In this document: piece after piece, positions 13,145-24,129 of the stretch | How the letters are laid out: every line of letters begins with the position of its first letter | How positions within the stretch are numbered: the stretch's first letter is position 1 | Origin: Chiloscyllium plagiosum | Taxonomy: Eukaryota | DNA length: 64,000 bases | Direction: 5' to 3' | Assembly: GCF_004010195.1 (NCBI RefSeq) | Contig: NC_057720.1 | Coordinates: forward strand, 81,668,301 to 81,732,300 | Program-made: the position numbers and the translations under genes | Notes under the pieces: generated by a model | Database searches by the model: none | What the model was told of the DNA's origin: nothing | Seen by the model: the letters and a program-made list of their open reading frames with translations, nothing else

Positions 13145-13830
13145 CAGTTATGAAGATGTACAGCACAGAAACAGACCCTTCAGTCCAACTCATCCATCCT
13201 GACCAGATACCCTAAATTAATCTAGTCCCATTTGCCAGCATTAGGCCTATGTCCCTCTCAACCCTTCCTATTCATCATATACCCATCCAGATGGCTTTTT
13301 AAATATTGTAATCATACCAGCCCCCACCACTTCCTCTGGCAGCTCATTCCAAAAATGTAACACCCTCTGCATGGAAACATTACACCTTAGGTCCCTTTTA
13401 AATCTTTCCCCTGTCACCTTCAACCTATGCCCTCTAGTTCTGGACTCCCCCACTCTGAAGAAAAGATCTTCTCTATTCACCGTATCTACACCCCTCATGA
13501 TTTTATAAACCACTATGTGGTCACCTCTCAGCCTCCAACAATCCAAGGAAAATAGCCTCAGCCTATTCAGCCTCTCCTGATAGCTCAAACCCTCCAACCT
13601 TGGCAACACCCTTATAAATCTTTTCTGAACCATTTTAAGCTTCACAACATTTTCCCTACAGCAGGGAGACCAGAATTGCACACAGTATTCCAAAAGTGCC
13701 CTAAACAATGTCCTGTACAGCTGCAACAGCTCCCAACTCCAATACCCAATGCACTGACCAATAAAGGAAAGCAAACCAAATGCCTTCTTCACCCCCCCCC
13801 CCACCTACCTGCAACTCTACTTTCAGGGAA
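13145..13830 (-). mobile_element. CR1 LINE 3' fragment
   Basis: ORF 13268-13804 (LEYCVQFWSP...WNELPEEV). Similar fragments at 7075-7310(+), 7975-8360(-), 14360-14880(-) and 22250-22780(+). Confidence 0.88.
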
Positions 13831-14924
13831 CTATTCTTCTTTTTGGTTGAACTGGGAGTCTTTCAGTTGTGAAAGATGCCATTCTGTGGCACTATTGGAT
13901 GAAGAGCAGACAGTTCCCTCTGGTGTCCTGGTCAATATTTATACACCAATCAAAATCAATAAAAATCTATTTCTCTGCTAATGATCATATTGTGTTTGGG
14001 ATCCCGCTGTGCACAGTCTGCTGGAAAGAGCCATTGGGACATCCTGATTTCCAGATGCTACACAAATGCAGATCTTTCTTTAAGGTTGGAGTCTCCTGAT
14101 CCTGACCCTCACCCATTGTCTGCGCACTCTCACCTTCCAGGAGTCATGGGATCATTAGGAGCAGTGACCCTGTCTGACCCCAGGACACTGAGACTCTTTG
14201 CAGCCTCACCCCTGACTTCAGCCCAGTGGTGTGCAGCAAGGTTTGAAATGTATTCTAGAACCTTCTACGCAGACACCCAATGTGACTCCTTCCCGAAATG
14301 TTTGGATCCAAGTCTGCTCCAATGTCCTCAGATAAAGTTATCCTGATCTGTGGGTGATCGGAGGTTTGTTAAAGAGATATCGAGCTCCATCCCACTTTCC
14401 AGCTCTTGCTCCATAGCTCTGGAGGTTTCGATGTTTCAAGTGAACATCCAAGTGTTTTTTCAATGTGATGAGGATTTCTGCCTCTCCCACCCTTTCAGCT
14501 AGTGAGGTCCTGATCCCACCAGCCTCTGGGTGAAAACAATTACTCCTCAACTCCCCTCTAACCCTGCCCCAATTCATTTCAATCTCTCCCCATGGTTATT
14601 GCCCTCTGTGCTGATGGAAATCAGTCCTTCCTACCCACTCGATCCACACCCCTCATCATTTTACACATCTCGATCAAATCTCCCCTCAGCCTCCTCTGTT
14701 CCAAAGAATACAGTCCCAGCCAAACCAATCATTGCTCAAAACTAAAACTCCCCATTCCTGACAAAATCCTCCTCTGTCCCCATCTCTAGTGGGATCACAT
14801 CCTTCCTGTAATGTGGTGACCAGAGCCGTACACTGTTCTCTCACTGTGCTCTAACTGGGGTTTTGTACTGTTCCAGAATAAACAAACTCCTTGATTTCAC
14901 TCTCAAACAAAAATGAGATGAGGG

Positions 14925-15265
14925 AGGTGATGGTCTAATGGTGTTATTGCTGAGCTGTTAATCCACAGATCCAGATTAATGTTCTGGGGACCAGGGTTAG
15001 AATCTTGCCACAGCAGATGGAGGAATTTGAATTCAATAAAAGAAATCTGCAATTAAGAGTCTAATAATGACCATGAAACAATTGTTGATTGTCAGGAAAA
15101 AGCCGTCTGATTCCTTAATGTCCTTTAGGGAAGGAAACTGCCATCCTTACCATGTGACTCCAGACCCACAGCAATGTGGTTGACTCTAAACTGCCCTCTG
15201 GGTAATTAGGGATGGGCAATAAATGCTGCCGATCCAGCAATGACCTCATTCCATCAGGGGAAAAA
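14925..15265 (+). mobile_element. Second tRNA-derived SINE family (GGGAAGGAAACTGCCATCCTTACC core; GGGATGGGCAATAAATGCTG tail)
   Basis: Recurs at ~25850-26070, 28500-28740, 37670-38165, 42260-42600(-) and 48160-48680(-). Tail-sharing LINE remnants at ~47620-47900(-) and 56130-56410. Confidence 0.7.
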
Positions 15266-16582
15266 AGAACAACAGTTTATCCCATGTGTCTTCTTAACCA
15301 CCTTACTGACCCGCATTCATTAATCACCATGGCCACATCTTCCACCTCCACACACATGTGACTTCCAGCTTCAAATTGATGAGAGACATTCCTTCATTGT
15401 CTGAGAAACAGATAGAAACATCAAACATAGGAGCAGCAGTAGACCATTCGGCCCTTCAAGCCTGCTCCACCATTCAATATGATCATGGCTGATCACCCAA
15501 CACAGTTTCCTGTTCCAGCTTTCTCCCCACATTCTTTGGTCCCTTTAATCCTAAGAACTATACCTAATTCCTTCTTGAACACATACCGCATCTAATTCCC
15601 TCATGCTGGTAAATTGATGAGAATTATTGAGTTGTTTTTTGACACAATGATCCATTGGGCCTTTTGGGTCTCTCTGACTCTATGACTGTATTATTATATA
15701 TTATGAATAACTGGGTAGCAAGGACTGACCCCTGTGGTACCCCAACTGTTGACTACCTGCCATTCAGCAAAAGACTCGTTCTTCCTGTCCTGTCTGCCAA
15801 CCAGTTCCCAATCCATGTCAGTACATGACCCCAATCCTCTTGTTTGTTGGGATTACCCTGATTCACTTGGACATATTTCATCCTGTCAGCTCTTTGCTTT
15901 ACTCAGATCCTGTTTAATTTCATCCATGCATCCTCTATTCTCTCAGCTTTCTGCAGGTTTGAACTCCAGATAACCAACATCACCTTCCCTGTTTGGTCTT
16001 CCTTACTCTGGCTGCCTTTTGGCATCCCAGGCTGAGAGTCTAGATTTGGGAGTCCCACCCTTACTCCTTGTGGGAACAGATTCTGAACGATCTCTGTCTC
16101 ATCCTTTGAGGGCTTCCACTGCCCTGACACTGATTTCCCATCATGTCGCTGGTCCAGTCCACTTTTACCAAAGCACCGCACAGTTTAGTAAAATGGTTCA
16201 TTCCCAAATGAAAACTTTTACACTTGACACATTGTTCTCCATTTCCATCCCTCCTCTCAATCTCACTGAGTTCTGATCACTGTCACTGAAATGCTCCCCC
16301 ATTGATAGCCCTTCCAGCTGCCCACATTCATTCCCTAAATGATGGTCCAAAACTGTCCCTTCTCTTTCACCATCACCTTCTCAGGCGCAATTAGGGATGG
16401 GCACTAATTGCTGGCTCTGCCAGTGACACTCACATCCCAAGAAGCAATTTGAACAATGTCTGTTCTTTTGTCAGGTTTGTTAGGTGTTGGATACAAATGT
16501 TCAAACATTTTCCCAGTGAATATTCTGAGAGTTGATATACCTTCAAATGGCAGGGATTAAAATTGTTTCTCTTGTCTTTCAG

Positions 16583-16911
16583 GCCGTGAGAACTCTCAGC
16601 CCAAGCTGACCCTGCTGCCCCCCTCCCCGGAGCAGGTCAATGCCAAGGGCACTGCCACCCTGGTGTGCCTTGCCAATCACTTCTATCCCGATGAGCTGGA
16701 GGTGCAGTGGAAGAAGGATGGTGCAGTCATTTCGGACGGGGTTCAGACCAGCAACTACCTGCGAGCTTCGGACAGCACCTACAGTGTCAGCAGCCTGCTG
16801 ACCCTCTCTGGGTCTGACTGGGAGTCCAACGCTCGCTTCTCCTGTGCCCTCACCCACGTGACCCTCTCCTCTCCCCTCAGCAAGAGCATCAGGAGATCAG
16901 AATGTGTGTAG
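16583..16911 (+). CDS. IGKC: Immunoglobulin light chain constant exon, shark kappa type (type III / NS4-like): RENSQPKLTLLPPSPEQVNAKGTATLVCLANHFYPDELEVQWKKDG...STYSVSSLLTLSGSDWESNARFSCALTH...RSECV*
   Basis: Acceptor tttctcttgtctttcag|GC at 16582/16583 is phase 1, as for J-C joins. C1-set hallmarks are present: ATLVCL, FYP, W, YSVSS.L, FSC.LTH and the penultimate Cys for H-L pairing. Isotype is assigned from remembered similarity to elasmobranch kappa C sequences. Confidence 0.93.
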
Positions 16912-17159
16912 AGTGTTTGAGACAGTCCACAGAGGAGATACAACTTTAAATAGAACAGGGCTGAGCTGGCAGGACAAAGGTCATTGTCAGAACTGAATTT
17001 CAACTCTCTTCCTTCTCAGGACTACTCGGAAAAACTTCTGAAGTTCAGGAGTTAAGGCAGTTCATTGGGACAGTGTAGAGAGAGCTTTATCCTGTGTGAA
17101 ACCTCATGCTGGCCTTGTCCTGGGAATGTTTGATGGGTCACGGTTAACTTGTGATGCCA

Positions 17160-17438
17160 AATAAAATCTTTCGAAGATGCTGAAGACTGTCAGCTGTACA
17201 AAACAATGTGAACCTCAGAAATCCCTGCTTCAGTAAACCAGATCTCCTTCCTGTTCAGTTGCCAGTTCCAATTTAAGGTTTTTATCACTGTTTCAAGGGA
17301 CAGGATTTTCATATTATTGAGAAAATCTCCACAAGTGTTTTCCTCAAGCTCCATTGTGGCTGTGAATTTGAGCCACTTCCTCTGAATGGCTGTTAATTTT
17401 AGTGTTTATTCTCCCAATTTCAATGAAAACGGAATAAA
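17160..17438 (+). terminator. Candidate poly(A) signals of the C-kappa transcript (AATAAA at 17160-17165 and 17433-17438)
   Basis: Two AATAAA hexamers downstream of the stop. The second is followed by a T/GT-rich tract (tttctgtgtgatttgg). Confidence 0.55.
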
Positions 17439-18172
17439 GATGAAGAAGATTCAGTCTCTATTTCTGTGTGATTTGGAAATGGACCCCTCCTTTCAGCTGA
17501 TTGAATGCATTTCAGCATAGCATTGTCACAATTGGCTGTTTGGTCTGTCAATCAGTAAGACATCAGTTGTAGTATGGACTGACAGCTAATCATCAATCGT
17601 TTTCAAATGATCCCTTTGATATGGAAACTGTGGAGGTTACAAATTTCCAAAAGAACAAAAACTGAAAGCTGTTGCGACTCAGTAATTACAATCTGAGGCA
17701 TTCCCTCTTCACTCTTTTGATCCAGGCAGAGTTGCTGGGACAATACTGTGCACTCTCTGCTGCATGCTGGATGTTACCTGTAATGATCTTAGGTCAGTCA
17801 CTGAGAATGGAGGCTCTGTGTCTCTCTGAGTGGACAACGGTAACCCCATAAACTGGGATTAAAAAAGGTGCATTTGCTATCGTATAACAGGGCACCCACT
17901 CAGTAGGTGGGTTCTGCTGAAGCCACAGCTAAATAATAAGAGACTGGATGGTTAATAAAGGGAACTGTAAATAGGATAACTGTAAATTCGAGTAATTCAA
18001 TCTGTTCTTTGTAATGTTAAGACATGCAATGTATATATCTATGAATGACATGACAAATTGTACAAGTACCAAAGATTTATTTCTATGAATAAAGTATATT
18101 TTGAAATAAAAAAAGTATTACATAATCCTGCCTGAGGTGTCATTCTGAGTGTTGTTCAGAGACACCGACATG

Positions 18173-18730
18173 CACTGAGTAACATGTTCACACTCAGAGA
18201 GACACCTACAGGCAGCACTGAGTAACACGCTCACACTCAGAGAGACACCTACAGGCAGCACTGAGTAACACGCTCACACTCAGAGAGACACCTACAGGCA
18301 GCACTGAGTAACACGCTCACACTCAGAGAGACACCTACAGGCAGCATGGAGTGTGAGCATGTTACTCAGTGCTCGAGAGTATGGTGCTGGCCGAAAAGCA
18401 CAGCAGGTCAAGCAGCAACTGAGGAGCAGGAGAATCGATGACTTCATCAGAAAAGTTCCTTCATCAGGAAGCCCGAAGCATTGATTTTGCTGCCGCTCGG
18501 ATGCTGCCTGACCTGCTGTGCTTTTCCAGTACCACACTCTCAACTCTTAAGCTCCAGCATCTGCAGTCCTCACTTTCGCCTTGTTACTCAGTGCTGTCTA
18601 GCTCTCTGAGTGTGTATGTTACTTAATGTTGCCTGTAGATACCTTTCTGAGTGTGTGTTATTCTGTACTGCCTGTCAGTATCTCATTGAGTGTGAGTGTG
18701 TTACTCTGTGCTACGTGTAGTGTCTCTGAG
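18173..18730. repeat. 43-bp minisatellite (4 direct copies, 18173-18344) followed by degenerate inverted copies, with a short element inserted in the inverted arm
   Basis: Unit CACTGAGTAACACGCTCACACTCAGAGAGACACCTACAGGCAG starts at 18173, 18216, 18259 and 18302. Reverse-complement units lie at 18350-18373 and 18581-18730. Confidence 0.9.
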
Positions 18731-18907
18731 GTATTTGTCTCTTCATGATGGATAGAGAATGGGCTTTGTAATGGGGATAGAAGATTTGGCTTTAATCTTC
18801 TCAAATCAGGAATGAAAAACAGTTCAGTCTGAGATGGTGCCTCAGTGAGATGGCCAAAGTTAAAAATCACACAACAGGTGTGTTATAGTCCAACAGGTTT
18901 CTTTGGA

Positions 18908-18945
18908 AGGACAAGCTTTCGGAGCACTGCTCCTTCATCAGGCAG
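18908..18945 (-). ncRNA. Minimal hammerhead ribozyme motif, GAAAGCT-type family
   Basis: Minus strand reads c-CTGATGA-a-GGAGC-agt-GCTCC-GAAAG-CTT-gt. A related copy lies on + at ~29843-29877 (cac-CTGAAGA...GAAAG-CTA-gtg). Confidence 0.55.
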
Positions 18946-19889
18946 CTAGTGGGGCAGGATCATAGTTCACAGAATTTACAGTGAAATTGAGATGGCAACT
19001 GAGAAAGGTGAATACTGAGAGTGTGTTCTCAGTAACGGAGGGATTTCAGAGGCAGTGGGCACTGTGTTCCCTAATGTGCTCCCCAGTTACAAGGGGACTT
19101 TCTGGATCCAGGGTCATTGCAGTCGTGGCTGCCTACTCAACCAGTACTGGCTGGCCATAGTCATATTTCAATGGTCAATTAGCCCTAAACTAGGTGCAGC
19201 AATATTACCTGACTGGAAGGGGAAGCTGTATGAATGAGGGAGGTTGAATTCTTGCAGGTCCAAGAGGGATTGCAGTAGATTAATGAAGGGTACTACCACC
19301 ATGAAGGTGTCACCTTCTCTCCCCCTGCCTCAGCTGTGGTGACCCTTGGGTTAAACTCACCACCAGTTAGCTCTGTCTGTAATGAGCAAATGGGACTATG
19401 TTCCTCTGGGGTTAGATTAGATTAGGTTAGATTAGATTAGATTACCTACAGTGTGGAAACAGGCCTTTCAGCCCAACCAATCCACACCAATCCTCCAAAG
19501 AGTAACCCACCCAGACCCATTTCCCTCTGACTAATGCACCTATCACTATGGGCATTTTAGCATGGCCAATTCACCTGACTTGCACATCTTTGGGCTGTGG
19601 GAGGAAACCGGAGCACCCGGAGGAAACCCAGGCAGACACAGGGAGAATGTGCAAACTCCACACAGACAGTCGCCTGAGGCTGGAATCGAACCTGGCAACC
19701 TGGCGCTGTGAGGCAGCAGTGCTAGCAGGGATAATGACCACTTTCTTAAGTGATGGAGGGAAGGTCAACCTCTCCCAAAGGCAGCACGAGCTGGATCAAA
19801 GGGGCATCAAGAGTAAGCATGGGGAGATTGAGGGTGACAGAAGGAGGGGGTTGGTTGGCAGGTTGTTATTCAGGAAGAAAGGAAACATC

Positions 19890-20770
19890 CAAGTGGCCAG
19901 TGCTAAGCAGTGCCCTTCACATCAGAGTGCAATACTATGTGATCAAACAGTGAAGGGGAGGGCAGGGATTAAATCAAAATAGAGTTGGGACACTCCCCTT
20001 TTTTTCTGGTATCCTGTCACTAATTCACCCTTTATTACACATGGAGAGTCTTTGACACTGATCCAGCTCCCTCAGAGCCAACTCTCAGAGTGAACAGAAC
20101 CCGTGACAGTCCTGCTTATCTTTTTTTTTAACAGACCCACTGACATTCCTGTTTATTATTTTCTTCCCCCTTTTTACCCCCACACTACCGCCTAACTGCA
20201 GTAGTGCTTATTTTTTCCCCAGCCCCCATGTTGTGTGTCTGCAGGTGTGAGACACAGTGAGAGACACAAGGTCCACGAATCTTTATTCAGTTTCCACCAC
20301 CAGGAAGACAGGAAAACACCCGGGTGGCCAGTGACAAGCAGTGCCCTTCACATCAAAGGGCAATACTGTGTGATCAAACAGTGAAGGGCACAGCAGGAGT
20401 TAAATCAGAATAGAATCGGAGGGGGAAATAAAACATTCCATGCCTCGCAGTGCTCACCTCTACCTCCTGTGTATTTTCTCTTTTTTTTTCTTCTTTTGCC
20501 CTTACACTCCTTTTTTCTTTTTATCCCCACACTACCACCTAAGTGCAGTAGTGCTTATTTTTTCCCCAGCACCCATGGTGTGTGTGTGCAGGTGTGAGAC
20601 AGTGAAAGACACAAAGTGCACGAATCTTTATTCAAATTCCACCACCAGGAAGACACACCCGAGTGGCCAGTGACAAGCAGTGCCCTTCACATCAAAGGGT
20701 AATGCTGTGTGATCAAACAGTGAAGGGGAGGGCAGGGATTAAATCAAAATAGAGTTGGAAACACTCCCCT
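19890..20770. repeat. Three clustered copies of a ~100-260 bp element end
   Basis: GTGGCCAGTG..AAGCAGTGCCCTTCACATCA...GATCAAACAGTGAAGGG...TAAATCA.AATAGA at ~19893, 20325 and 20663. Confidence 0.85.
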
Positions 20771-22943
20771 TTTTATCTGTCAGACGGGGATCCCTGATTG
20801 GACAAAGTTAACAGGCCCCATCAGCAAACTCATATTTTATCAGAAAGAATTAACACATATCAAACAAGGAGCGCAAGAGCTAAAGGACACTGAACAATAT
20901 GAATCATTTGAAAGATTTCTTTACGAACATTGCAAATGAGATTTGGGAAAGAACATTTTTCACTCAGAGGGTGGTGGGAATCTGGAATGGATTGTCATAG
21001 AATCCCAACAGTGTGGAAACAGGCCATTTGGTGCAACAAGTCCAGACCAATCCTCCAAAGAGAAATTCACCAAGATCCATTCCCCTAGGCTATTTCCCCT
21101 GACTAATGCACCTAACTGACACATCCCTGAACAGTATGGACAATTTTAGCATGGCCAATTCACCTAACCTGCACATCTTTGGATTGTGGGAGGAAACTGG
21201 AGCACGCAGAGGAAACCCACACAGACACGGGGAGAACGTGCAAACTCCCAGGTCGATTCAACCGGGGCTTGAATCGACCTGGGTCCCTAGTGCTGTGAGG
21301 CAGCTGTGCTAACCACTGAACCACCATGCCACCCATAAAAAAGCCCAAAGAATTGAGCTTTTGTTAAGTTCCACCAGCCTGACATGATACAAACTATAAA
21401 CTTGCAACCCTCTATCAGGGAAGGTAGTGGAGGGTGGAAACCTTACAAACTTTGAATATCATAACATTCATGGATTTGGGACAACGGCAGGAAATTGGGA
21501 TTAGAGTGCCTTCAGTGGTAGTTATGTTGGTGCAGACTCAATGGGCTAAAGGGCCTTTTCTGTGCTGTATCAATCTATGCTCCATGCTGAGAGGGCAGTT
21601 CAGGTTAATGGTGACTAGGTTCAGCTGTCGAAGGTGGCAAATACATGATCACGGTCAGAGGAAATGGCTCAAGCTTCAGCGAAGGCCCAAGTAGGTGCTT
21701 GGAAGAAGGGTCAAGGCTAATGGAGGCAAGGTCAATGGAAACTAAGCGAGAGCACAAGGTGCTGGCTGGCATCTCCAGAGGCATGCAGGAACAAGAGGGG
21801 AGTGTGTAGGGAGGGAGTGCAGTTTCACATGAAATGTGAGCTTTGCCAGCAGCAGCATGACCTTCAGCACCAGAGAATGTCCCTAACTACTCTCTGTGTG
21901 ATCCCACACAGCCACCCGTCTGGTCACCACGCAAGGTCTTGCTCATGTCTATAGTACCATCTACAACACTGTCTGCACCCAGTATCTGCACCTTCTGTCT
22001 ACACCACTGTCTGTACATACCGTCTGCACCCTCCGTTTACACCCCGTGTTCACACCCATTGTCTACACCGCTGTCTGCACCCTCCATCTACTCCTCCTAA
22101 CTTTCTGCTGTTGTAAGATTGCATCTAATGATTCCATTGAGATTACTTCAACAGAAGCCTGAATTTTAGAAGCGGCAATGATTGTCTTACAACCCTGACC
22201 TTCAAAGTCTGGGCTGATTAATATTAATTACTGAATGCCATTTGATTTCTGTGATGGCAGGACTGACGTATAAGGAGAGGTTGAGTTGGTGAGGATTGTG
22301 TTCACTGGAGTTTAGAAGAATGAAGGAAGGGAATCTTGGAGGAAGCTATAAAATTGGAACAGGACGAGACAAATTAGATGGAGGATGTTCCCGATTGTGG
22401 GGAAGTCCAGAACCAGGGCTCATAGTTTAAGGTTAAGGGATAAACTCTATAGGACAGAGATGAGGAAAAATGTTTTCACCCAGAGAGTGGTGAGCCTGTG
22501 GAATTCTGTCAGAAAGTGGTTGAGGCCAAAACATTACGTTTTCAAACAGGAGGTAGATATAGCCCTTGTGGCTAAAGAATCAAAGGATATGGGGTAGGGA
22601 GGGATTACAGTATTGTGTTCGATGCTCAGCTATGAACATAGATTTTTGATGACTGAAGGGATGAAACATTATCAGAGAATGTAGAGTTGAGGTTTAAATC
22701 AGATCCATCACGATCTTATTGAATGGGGAGCAGGTTCAATGAACTGAGTGGCCTACCTTTGCTCCTTACCCATATGTTGCCTCATACACCTTTGCACGAT
22801 CAGAGACTGTCGTTCATATTTTCTACCTGCAGATTAAGCTGCTTGTGCAATAGGCCTCATCTGTACAGTGTTTTCTCCAGCCTTTCACCTGGACAAGTTA
22901 AAGATAATGGTCCCATAATAAGTCCATTAACTTTGTAAGTTAG

Positions 22944-22949
22944 TTTATT
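22944..22949 (-). terminator. Candidate RNASEL poly(A) signal
   Basis: TTTATT on + (AATAAA on -) about 1.06 kb past the RNASEL stop. Confidence 0.4.
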
Positions 22950-23004
22950 TGAAGCAATAAAACACATTACAAGTCGTGAAGCAGACATTGCAGCAAGCAA
23001 TAAT

Positions 23005-23910
23005 GGGTGGCACAGAGGCTCAGTGGTTAGCACTACTGCCTCACAGCGCCAGGGACCCAGGTTCGATTCCAGCCTTGGAAAACTGTCTGTTTGAAGTTTG
23101 CACATTCTCCCCGTGTCTGTGCGGGTTTCCTCTGGGTGCTCCAGTTTCTTCTCAAGTCCAAAGATGTGCAGATTAGGTGAATTGGCCAAACTAAATTGCC
23201 CATGGTGTTCAGGGATGTGTGGGTTAGGTGCAGTAGTCAGGGAATATGTAGAGTAATGGGGTGGGTGAGTGGGATGCTCTTCGGAGGGTCAGTGTGGCCT
23301 TGTTGGGCCATGTGGCCTGTTTCCACATTGTAGGGATTCTGTGAATTGATCTCGGTCTATGCAGTTTGCAGGCTCACAGATGACTAACTGCAATACTGTA
23401 CATACATAGGGGTGGATTTTCTTCAAGGCAATGAACATCAAGGGGGGATAGTTATGTTCTCCCTTGATGGAGACAGTCATTGCCTCGCAGTTGTGTGGCA
23501 AAAATGTAACCTTGTTCATGTTCCAAGCCTACATCTCTGGCAGTAAAATGCTTTGGAACATCCTCAGGTGACAAAAAAGTGCTATACTTTTGGGGTGGCA
23601 TGATGGCTCAGTGGTTGGCACTGCTGCCTCACAGCACCAGGGACCCGCCTCAGGCAGGTCTGTGTGGAGTCTGCACATTCTCCCTGTGTCTGCGTGGGCT
23701 TCTCCTGGGTGCTCTGGTTTCCTCCCACAGTCCAAAGATCTGCAGACTCAATAAATTGGCCATGCTAAATTGCCCACAGTGTCCAGGGATATGCAGGCTA
23801 GGTGGATTAGCCATTGAAAAATACAGGGATAGAATAGGAGGCTGGGTGGAAGGGCGGTGTGGATTTGATGGGCTGAATGGCCTACTTCCACACTATCGGG
23901 ATTCGTGATA
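23005..23910 (+). mobile_element. Two HE1-like SINEs (23005-23345, 23594-23910) in the presumptive RNASEL 3' UTR, antisense to the mRNA
   Basis: Each has a tRNA-like head and V-domain. Confidence 0.9.
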
Positions 23911-24008
23911 CAAATGCAAGTTCCTTCTTTCCATTCTTGCCCTGAAGCATGTGGTTCTGTCTCATATCCACTCAAGAGATGGCAACCCTTTGAAGACAGG
24001 AGCAGCCT

Positions 24009-24129
24009 CTATTCTTTTGGAAAGTACTTCTTCCACTCTGTGTCCTTCACAGCCTTGTAGACAGCAACAATGAGATCGGGAAATAACCCAAAGCTATAAT
24101 CTTCTGGACTCTTCATTAAACTGTGGAAC
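24009..24129 (-). CDS. RNASEL: RNASEL terminal coding exon (FHSLMKSPEDYSFGLFPDLIVAVYKAVKDTEWKKYFPKE*)
   Basis: Read manually. Acceptor tacttttcag|G, TAG at 24011-24009. Matches the human FPDLVIYVY...EYRKHF segment. Confidence 0.92.

Noticed and set aside
14843-14868. CACTGTG ... GGTTTTGT resembling an RSS upstream of C-kappa
   Set aside because: The heptamer and nonamer are in the wrong order/orientation and spacing, the site lies within a LINE remnant, and no FGxG J follows.
18173-18344. CRISPR-like or RSS-like array
   Set aside because: The units are contiguous with no unique spacers and no heptamer-nonamer pair; it is a eukaryotic minisatellite.
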